Shown here: positions 39,592 through 48,062 of the stretch, in pieces
Numbering within the stretch: position 1 is the first letter of the stretch
Layout: each line of letters opens with the position of its first letter
NCBI RefSeq assembly: GCF_964355755.1
Contig: NC_092674.1
Span: 14,260,001 to 14,324,000, forward strand
Direction: 5' to 3'
Length of the DNA stretch: 64,000 bases
Origin: Antedon mediterranea
Lineage: Eukaryota; Animalia; Echinodermata
Program-made: the position numbers and the translations under genes
Notes under the pieces: model-generated
Seen by the model: only the letters and a program-made list of their open reading frames with translations
Told to the model about the DNA's origin: nothing
Database searches by the model: none

Positions 39592-42500
39592 ATGAGTATC
39601 TCGGGACATTTTATTAATGGCCTATTGTGCAAGGTTCACCATCATGGTGCATCATGCAGTATAGATTGTTTATTGGAAGTTTTTTATTGGGGTATTTTTC
39701 CATTTACCAAAACTAAAATTTTCTCTCATCCCCTTCTCACAAGATTGTTTTATGTTTCAAATCTAAGAAAAATAATGCCTCTACAAACACCACCTTGTGA
39801 TATTCGGGAACCTGTTTGGAATTGGTTAGTTGAAAATTTACCAAATGGATTTTCCCCAAAAGGAACACATCATGCAGAAATACTGCAGGCCTTTGAATGT
39901 TTATCTGACACAAATATTGGCATGTCATTTGTTGCAAACTTCTTTGGAAATCAAAATCTACATTGCCAAAAGTGTCAGAGCTCATTAGATATTAACATTC
40001 TCACAAATTCAGTATATAATTACTCGCAATCGCTAAATGAAAAGTATCCACAAAACTTCAGTAAATGCATAGAGGAAGTCATAAGAAATACGATTTCACA
40101 TAAGTTAAAATGTAAATACAAGTGTAATTGTGGAGAAATGGCAAATACATTAAAAGGGCAATGTAGGATGCCTGAATTCCTTGTGGTAAACCTTGGGCTT
40201 GTGGGATGGCAAAATTGCCAAAAACCACCTATTGTTGTTCCCGAGAGAACAACCATACACTCATCCAGTTATGTTTTAACATCCGCTGTACAAATGGAAC
40301 CATCACACTTTATAGCAATTTGTAAAACTAATAGGGGTTATTCAGTCATTAATGATATGGTGCCATATACCAAGACATACCATACTTTTGCAGCAGCTGC
40401 TAACAGAAATCCCAAAATCCATTGCACATCAGTACCACTTGCAAGTTCAAAGGGCAAGGGAAAAATGGGGGGTATTCATTTGCTCATATACGCAAAAGTG
40501 GCGAGTGCTGAATGGCCGATGTTATCTTTCACTTGTCCAAAGCCAATAGAGGACCTAAATTCATCAGACCTTCCTACACAGGAATTGCCTACTGGTTCCA
40601 AGAATATGAGTACCAAAGAAAAGAATTCAGTAGATGACTTAAACAAAATGCCGATTGACTCTACTTGGCAAGTGCCACAGGAATTGCCTACTGGTTCCGA
40701 GAATATGAGTACCAAAGAAAAGAATTCAGTAGATGACCCTACTTGGCAATTGGCAAAAAAAAAAAAAAAACTTAATAAAAAGAAACATTCAGTAGATGAA
40801 TTAAACAAAATGCCGATTGACTCTACTTGGCAAGTGCCACAGGAATTGCCTACTGGTTCCGAGAATATGAGTACCAAAGAAAAGAATTCAGTAGATGACC
40901 CTACTTGGCAATTGGCAACAAAAAAAAGAAAACTTAATAAAAAGAAACATTCAGTAGATGAATTAACCAAAATGCCGATTGACTCTACTTGGCAAGTGCC
41001 ACAGGAATTGCCTACTGGTTCCGAGAATATGAGTACCAAAGAAAAGAATTCAGTAGATGACTTAAACAAAATGCCGATTGACTCTACTTGGCAAGTGCCA
41101 CAGGAATTGCCTACTGATTCCGAGAATGTAATTAGCAAAGAAAACCTATTATTAGATGGTTTGACTAAACCTGTACTTACTGATTTAACTAATTGTAACA
41201 ACAATGTTATTAAAAAAATAAATATCGGTGATGTTAACATTGAAGAAAAGGAAAATATTTCCCCTCATCCTAGGAAAAAACTCACTCAATGTAAAGTAAA
41301 AACAAACAATTTTGAACAATCTAAAAACTTTGTTGGAATTAAGATTGCAAAAAATAGTATTGTAGATATAGATATTGAAGCCATTGGTTCGACTGACATA
41401 CCACATACAATTTACAATGATAACATTTTCCTTAGCTGTCAGGAAATATTAAAATTATTAGGCCAGGAAAAAGAAATAAAAGCACGGGGATATGTCAAAT
41501 TCGACAAAATCCTTCAAGAAATGGGCCAAGACCCAAATCAAATGTTTCTTACATGTGGCAGCCGCAGACAGAGGCTCTGGGTAAAAAAAGAAGCTATAAT
41601 AAATATGTTAATGCACAAGTCATTTAGAAAACAAAAAACAGCTAATTTTGTTATGTTGCAATTGCAAGAGAAATTTAAAAATAAGAAATCTAAACTTGAG
41701 AAGACAAAATTTATTGAAAACAAGCCTCCACAAAAGACTCAAACTAGTTCATCCCCTACAATTAAGAAGGTAGATTTGAACTACAGAAAAGGAAATGTAA
41801 TTATTGATGGGCATCTTGTCAGTTACACAGTAAATGCAAATGGTGTGATTCACTTTAATACAAGTGAAATATTTTCAGCATTAGGTTTATTAAAACACAT
41901 TAAAAAGGAAGGGTACAAATATATTGATAAATATCTTAATGATCAAGGACTTGATTTTAAATCTTGCTTCATCATGAACGGTCCAAAGCGAACCTACATA
42001 ACGCTTCATGCGGTACACACTCTTATTTTATGTTTGCCAAACAGAATGATTGAAAGTGCAAAAAAGACAACTTTGTCCAATTCTGTTATTCTTGCACTGC
42101 AGCACATCACAGTAGAGAAATCTTCCGAAAACATACCATCTAAAAAAAAAGAGAAGTTCACGGTTGATGACAAAACAAATTTGTTAGAAAGTCTTAGTTC
42201 AATGTTAAGTGCAACAAAAGCAAATGACAATCAACGTTTAACAATAGATGATGTAGTGTCTGTATTGCATAAAGCAAGTATTAAATCACAAAAAGGAGCA
42301 AAAATTGTTAGAGGAATTGTAACCGATACATACAAATTATTAAACCCACTTAATGGTGAGGATGTAATTAATTGTCGCGAGAATTACAGTGGTTGTCGCC
42401 TTATGAACCGCATGAGAAAATTAATACCTGGGGTTCTTCCATCCAGAAAAACCGAAATGAAAGCTTCAGCCAAACTTAATGAAGAGTTTAGGGCAGTTTT

Positions 42501-44832
42501 GTGCCCACGCAGAACAGCATCTGGGTGGTATATTGACCCAGTCCGTTTGGTCGAAGTTTTGCTTTTTAAATATTCCTTTTTACAAGACAACATAAGTATG
42601 AAGATTCAAGGAGATGGTGCTCAAATGGGTGGGCGTAAAATTACTTATGTGGGGATTTCATTTCTCAATCACGAACTAAAGCTGCGTGGCCTCTCCTATC
42701 AAAATCCAAAAGAAATTTACCCAATTACACTTTTTTATGAAGGCGACGATCGTGATAACTTAGAAGAAAACCTAAAAATTCCCTTTTTGGAAAGATTAGT
42801 TCAGCATTTTAAATCAAATTTTACATTTTATTTAAGTGGGGATGAAATGTTCATCCAAGGTATACTGGATGGGTCATCTGTTTTAGGACCACTAACCGAG
42901 AAAGGTTGGAATATATACAATGAATGTAGCAAAGAGTCAAAAAAAAATGTATCAGAAAGTGGTATGCGAACAGACTTGTCCATGCCTATTGATCGTATCC
43001 ATCCAATTTCATTAATGCCTTCAATTCCACTTACCCATACACTTCCATGCATTCTTCACTGGGTTTCAAGGTGCACTGAAAAACTTTTATCATTGGAAGT
43101 TGAGAAAATATTTTCGCTTGGAAATAAATTAGCCGAAGTTGATGGCTCTTCAAATATTGAAGACCTAATAAAAAATTTAGAGACAAACATTAATTTACGA
43201 GGCATAAAAAACGGTAATTTCAGAATACCATTAGACAAAAATGGAAAACCAGAGCAGATTTCATTAAACAAAGATGCTGCAATCACGATAATTTGCCCAA
43301 CTCCCCTAGGAAAAGAAAAAGAATATCCACATGTTTTACATAATGTTGTCCCAACTTCAAAAATTAATAACAATCTACCTAAAAATGTAAGAGATTTTCT
43401 ACAACTAGACACTGATCTAACTGAACTTAGTTGTGTAAAGATGATATGGGAGAGTTTGTATATCATGTTTAGCATAGTACAGAAAGAACCAGAACACAAA
43501 ATTAAGTCAAGTTGTGTTGCAGGTTCTTTAAGACCGTCTGATTACAATTGGGGTTATTCCAATGATCAAAAAAATCAATATAAATTTCACGCAGAGAGGC
43601 TGTACCAACTGGTTTGCCTCAGATACAATTGGCACAACTTAACCCCATACATGATAAAATTTATTGATTATGGGGAACATTTTTTATCAAGGGACATTCC
43701 CTTATGTAGGTTTTCCACAGAAGGTGGTGAGCACAGCCACTATGATCGAAACTGCTTTTATTTCCACCACACAACTAGACATGGTGGGAAAAATAGTGTT
43801 GACCCAAACCTGGCCCAATTTAGTACTGTGTGGCGCAGGCTATCATATGACATCATTCATGGAGAAGATGAATCAGCTAAAAAAGCATTTGAGGTATATG
43901 TCAAAATGCATGTTGCTGCATCAAAAATACAGCGATGTTTTCGATTATTCTTGGTGAATAATTCTTTGTCTAAGTCTGGGTACATTCAAAACCCACAGAA
44001 TGAACATGAAAAAGCTAAAAACTTAATTTGTTTATCTAAGTTAGTACCACAAAATGTTATAGATTCAACAACTAAGAAATTATTCCGTGGGAAATCGTTT
44101 ATTTTAACTGGAAGTGTCCCAAAGTTCCAGGGGAAAAAAATGACTCAACAAACAATAACTGAAATGATAAAAGCAAATGGTGGTAAAATTAAAAAAAGCT
44201 TACCAGGAAATTCAAAAAGATCCACGAAAAAATACATAATCTTAACAAATCTTGCAACTTGCAAAAAAAGTACCTTTAAAGTGCCAAATGTCATAAAAGA
44301 TGGCGTGAGACGGCGCAGTCATGTTGTTGACTACAGTTATATATTTTCATCTATAGAATCCAACAGTCTACCTCCTTTTAGTATGCATGAACCAGAATGC
44401 CTTATGCAAATAAAGCAAAAAGTTTCGTTGTTGCCAACACTTAATCAGATACACTTTAAAAAAAAATTTCGAATGATATCTATCCTAAAAGGTCCGCGAA
44501 AAACTAAGGCAGTTATCCGAGAGCCAACACTTAAATGTGCAAAAAATGTTGCAGTTTTTTATGCCAATATAAAAAGAAAAGAATACATCAAAAGCAATGT
44601 TGGTGTAACTTTTAAAGAAAGTAGTCAATTATTTTCAAAGTATACCAAAGAATACAATGCTTTAAAACACAATGAAAAAACACATTATACAAGAATGTGG
44701 CTAAATAGCCGATATTCTAAGGCTAACCAGGCTAAAAGGTTAGCTGACCTGAAATCTTACAATTATATAAAAAAACCACAATATTTAGAAGCTACAAAAT
44801 GTAGTCTTGCTCAATCAGTTGCTCAGAATTAA
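39592..44832 (+). CDS. ~1750-aa multidomain RAG1/Transib-like DDE transposase/recombinase (USP-like protease, repeats, 2x Bro-N-like, DDE core, IQ, BRCT, HMG box)
   Basis: Uninterrupted 5.2-kb ORF (first ATG 39592); motifs IQGDG, LSGDEMF, PCILHWVSR, LTPY, FSTEGGEHS; SCSIDCLL/SHFIA/INDM; FRGKSFILTG..NGG; AATAAA at ~44907. Confidence 0.75.
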   Translation: MSISGHFINGLLCKVHHHGASCSIDCLLEVFYWGIFPFTKTKIFSHPLLTRLFYVSNLRKIMPLQTPPCDIREPVWNWLVENLPNGFSPKGTHHAEILQAFECLSDTNIGMSFVANFFGNQNLHCQKCQSSLDINILTNSVYNYSQSLNEKYPQNFSKCIEEVIRNTISHKLKCKYKCNCGEMANTLKGQCRMPEFLVVNLGLVGWQNCQKPPIVVPERTTIHSSSYVLTSAVQMEPSHFIAICKTNRGYSVINDMVPYTKTYHTFAAAANRNPKIHCTSVPLASSKGKGKMGGIHLLIYAKVASAEWPMLSFTCPKPIEDLNSSDLPTQELPTGSKNMSTKEKNSVDDLNKMPIDSTWQVPQELPTGSENMSTKEKNSVDDPTWQLAKKKKKLNKKKHSVDELNKMPIDSTWQVPQELPTGSENMSTKEKNSVDDPTWQLATKKRKLNKKKHSVDELTKMPIDSTWQVPQELPTGSENMSTKEKNSVDDLNKMPIDSTWQVPQELPTDSENVISKENLLLDGLTKPVLTDLTNCNNNVIKKINIGDVNIEEKENISPHPRKKLTQCKVKTNNFEQSKNFVGIKIAKNSIVDIDIEAIGSTDIPHTIYNDNIFLSCQEILKLLGQEKEIKARGYVKFDKILQEMGQDPNQMFLTCGSRRQRLWVKKEAIINMLMHKSFRKQKTANFVMLQLQEKFKNKKSKLEKTKFIENKPPQKTQTSSSPTIKKVDLNYRKGNVIIDGHLVSYTVNANGVIHFNTSEIFSALGLLKHIKKEGYKYIDKYLNDQGLDFKSCFIMNGPKRTYITLHAVHTLILCLPNRMIESAKKTTLSNSVILALQHITVEKSSENIPSKKKEKFTVDDKTNLLESLSSMLSATKANDNQRLTIDDVVSVLHKASIKSQKGAKIVRGIVTDTYKLLNPLNGEDVINCRENYSGCRLMNRMRKLIPGVLPSRKTEMKASAKLNEEFRAVLCPRRTASGWYIDPVRLVEVLLFKYSFLQDNISMKIQGDGAQMGGRKITYVGISFLNHELKLRGLSYQNPKEIYPITLFYEGDDRDNLEENLKIPFLERLVQHFKSNFTFYLSGDEMFIQGILDGSSVLGPLTEKGWNIYNECSKESKKNVSESGMRTDLSMPIDRIHPISLMPSIPLTHTLPCILHWVSRCTEKLLSLEVEKIFSLGNKLAEVDGSSNIEDLIKNLETNINLRGIKNGNFRIPLDKNGKPEQISLNKDAAITIICPTPLGKEKEYPHVLHNVVPTSKINNNLPKNVRDFLQLDTDLTELSCVKMIWESLYIMFSIVQKEPEHKIKSSCVAGSLRPSDYNWGYSNDQKNQYKFHAERLYQLVCLRYNWHNLTPYMIKFIDYGEHFLSRDIPLCRFSTEGGEHSHYDRNCFYFHHTTRHGGKNSVDPNLAQFSTVWRRLSYDIIHGEDESAKKAFEVYVKMHVAASKIQRCFRLFLVNNSLSKSGYIQNPQNEHEKAKNLICLSKLVPQNVIDSTTKKLFRGKSFILTGSVPKFQGKKMTQQTITEMIKANGGKIKKSLPGNSKRSTKKYIILTNLATCKKSTFKVPNVIKDGVRRRSHVVDYSYIFSSIESNSLPPFSMHEPECLMQIKQKVSLLPTLNQIHFKKKFRMISILKGPRKTKAVIREPTLKCAKNVAVFYANIKRKEYIKSNVGVTFKESSQLFSKYTKEYNALKHNEKTHYTRMWLNSRYSKANQAKRLADLKSYNYIKKPQYLEATKCSLAQSVAQN
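40570..41130 (+). repeat. In-frame coding tandem repeat (units 99, 162, 162, 99 bp)
   Basis: CCTACTG(G/A)TTCC anchor at 40588, 40687, 40849, 41011, 41110; QELPTGSENMSTKEKNSVDD. Confidence 0.92.
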
Positions 44833-45503
44833 ATTATGAATACAGTGCTAAAGCTTGTATTTGTGTTGTGTATCCTTTAATACAGTAGACTGGTACAGGT
44901 AATTTCAATAAAACATTTTTCTTGTCATTTTCTCAAATCACTAAGTCCATTCACTAAACAATTCATACTGTATGTTTCAAGTAAATATTGCCTATGCTAG
45001 TGCAAATCGATTAATAATGTACAGTACAGTAGGTATCATTTTTGGCAGAATAATAATGTGTGGAAGATGTTAGATCACTTTACAATATTTATGGCAATAT
45101 AAATCATTTATGATAATAAAAATCATTTATGGTAATAAATAAACATGTTTTTATAGTTTATGGCGTTTTAATATTATTTTTCTATTTTAACATAAGTAAC
45201 TAAAATTTAACAAAAAGTGGTTTTGAATTATACAAAACAACTTCTTTTTTTCAAAACTGTTTATCAAACTAAGATTATATTTGTCATATAGGTATTATAT
45301 AATACTGTAGTATAAAGGCCAATTTACAAAGATGAACGGTAACGGTTATAAAAATATAGAATGTATGTTATACCTTATGACCATTTACACACCATGCAAA
45401 GTGGACAGAGGTTTCCTTTCAGGATGTGTACAGATTCTATGTGATTTTCTGCTTATCATTACTCATCTCTGTAAATTGGCTTTAATTGTAAAGTATATTA
45501 GTA

Positions 45504-46460
45504 TTTCCATTTACTTTTATGTGTAAAATTAATTCAATAAATCCTATTCTTGTAATAGTATAGAGAATTTACAAATGAATTGGCTTTAATTGTAAAGTAG
45601 TATCTATATAATAATTGTAGTAGTAGTAATCTATATATAAGCGTGCCATCTAGTAAGTACAATTGTTGTAGTATGTGATAGTGATCGTAGGTAATAATAA
45701 TAGGTAGTAGTATAGTACAGTGGTACAATTTTTAAATTATGTTCTTTTAAAAATTATTTTACATTCCAATAACAATATTCACAGCTTTACAATGCAATTT
45801 AAAGTATTTATATATAACTCGGGAAAGTTTCCATTTACTTTTATGTGTAAAATTAATTCAATAAATCCTATTCTTGTAATAGTATAGAGAATTTACAAAT
45901 GAATTGGCTTTAATTGAATTGTAGTAGTAATAATAAGTACAATTGTTGTAGTATGTGATAGTGATCGTAGGTAATAATAATAGGTAGTAGTATAGTACAG
46001 TGGTACAATTTTTACATTATGTTCTTTTAAAAATTATTTTACATTCCAATAACAATATTCACAGCTTTACAATGCAATTTAAAGTATTTATATATAACCC
46101 GGGAAAGTTTCCATTTACTTTTATGTGTAAAATTAATTCAATAAATCCTATTCTTGTAATAGTATAGAGAATTTACAAATGAATTGGCTTTAATTGAATT
46201 GTAGTAGTAATAATAAGTACAATTGTTGTAGTATGTGATAGTGATCGTAGGTAATAATAATAGGTAGTAGTATAGTACAGTGGTACAATTTTTACATTAT
46301 GTTCTTTTAAAAATTATTTTATATTCCAATAACAATATTCACAGCTTTACAATGCAATTTAAAGTATATTTATATATAGCCAGGAAAAGTTTCCATTTAG
46401 TTTTTATATGTAAAATTAATTCAATAAATCCTATTCTTGTAATAGTATAGAGAATTTACA
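45504..46460. repeat. Tandem repeat, ~280-325-bp unit, ~3.3 copies
   Basis: TTTCCATTTACTTTTATGTGTAAAATTAATTCAATAAATCC at ~45504, ~45828, ~46108, ~46390. Confidence 0.9.
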
Positions 46461-46504
46461 GTTTGTCTTAAGCACTATTATTTTTAGTTTGTGAAAATAG
46501 ACAG

Positions 46505-46795
46505 TTTCAATTGGGTAGCACACTGTTTCAAAATGGATAGCACAATGTTTCAATTGGGTAGCACACTGTTTCAAAATGGATAGCACAATGTTTCAATTGG
46601 GTAGCACACTGTTTCAAAATGGATAGCACACTGTTTCAAAATGGATAGCACAATGTTTCAATTGGGTAGCACACTGTTTCAAAATGGATAGCACAATGTT
46701 TCAATTGGGTAGCACACTGTTTCAAAATGGATAGCACAATGTTTCAATTGGATAGCACACTGTTTCAAAATAGATAGCACAATGTTTTAATTGGA
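46505..46795. repeat. Minisatellite of alternating 22/21-bp units
   Basis: GCACACTGTTTCAAAATGGATA and GCACAATGTTTCAATTGGGTA, about 13 units. Confidence 0.92.
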
Positions 46796-47396
46796 AGTTA
46801 AAAAACCTATAAATGACAATAAAATATTCACTATTTTATTCACTTTTTCAAGACAATATTTTACCTCCGCCAAGGAGGTATATGTAGCCACATAAGTTAT
46901 TTACTTTGACCAAAAATTGGATTAAAAAAAATAATTTATAGCAAAAAAAAAATCAAATTGGTCGAAAGTCAATGGTTTTTTATAGAATTTACATTTTTAT
47001 TAAAGAGAAAACATTTTTTTAACTGCAAAATTGCTTATTTAAAAAATAAATAAAATATTAATTGCTCATGTTTTTGGGTGACAATACTGTACATCTTTAT
47101 AATTAAGCACATAATAATACTATTACAGTAGAAAAAAAAACACCAGAGAATTTAGAATGTAGTTCCAGTTTACTTGGCAGAGAGCACTAGCTGACCTTGC
47201 TTGAGCAATAAAACTTCCTAATCTAAACAAGCTATAATGGTAATCCAATTAAAATGCAATTACCAGTCCTAGACCTTAATCCCTAAAATGATGGTCAGAA
47301 ATCAGCAAAATTGGTAAAGGGAAGGAACACCTCATGCAAATCCTAGACTAACAAAAATGACTGTAATGTGTAATGCGAGTGACCATGGAATTGCCC

Positions 47397-48059
47397 TTCA
47401 CATTGTTCATTCCACTTAAAGGTATTACTTTTACTCTTTAAAGTTAAATCAATCAATGGCTTAGCAATATCGGCATAGTTCTGTACAAATTTTCTGTAAT
47501 AGCCAGTTAATCCGAGAAATGATCGGACTTGTTTCTTAGACAAAGGTCTGGGGAACTTTTCCACAGCCTCAACCTTATCAATCATGGGTCTAATTTCTCC
47601 ATTACCAATCTTATGCCCCAGAAATTCTACCTGTGCATAGGCAATTTTACATTTCAAAGGCTTTGCTGTCAATCCAGCACTACTTAATCTTTCTAATACA
47701 TCATTCAAATGAAAAATATGATCTTTCCAAGTTTGACTATAAATACATATGTCATCTATATATGCCTTAGCATATCCCTCAGTACCTTGTAATACCTTAT
47801 CCATTAATCTTTGGAAAGTACTAGAGCTATTTTGCATACCAAATGGAAGTACATTGTAACAATACTGTCCAAATTGTGTAATAAATGCTGATTTGTCTTT
47901 GGTCTTAGGATCCAGAGGCACCTGGTAAAATCCTTTAGTTAGATCTAACGTAGTTATGTATATTGCGGATGATACCTCATCCAACATTTCGTCTATGCGA
48001 GGCATAACATAAGGGTCAAATTGTGTAGTCTTATTTAGTGATCTAAAATCTGTCACCAT
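47397..48059 (-). pseudogene. Gypsy reverse transcriptase (N-terminus deleted)
   Basis: DFRSLN, LDLTKGFYQV, LPFGMQN, AYIDD, FLGLTGYYRKF. Confidence 0.95.
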
Positions 48060-48062
48060 TCT

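Larger units (their letters stand above)
33137..47396. mobile_element. 14.3-kb TIR element (Sola2-like) carrying cargo genes
   Basis: 13-bp TIR GGGCAATTCCATG; flanks TTCT/TTCA (4-bp TSD, one mismatch); removing it restores Gypsy pol CENAFVTLK; TAATGCGAGTGAC motif repeated at both ends. Confidence 0.85.

Noticed and set aside
40476-41240. 254-aa antisense ORF
   Set aside because: Shadow of the in-frame coding repeat on the plus strand
46861-46884. TTACCTCCGCCAAGGAGGTA hairpin
   Set aside because: Resembles the end of common dispersed non-autonomous repeats; too short to assign
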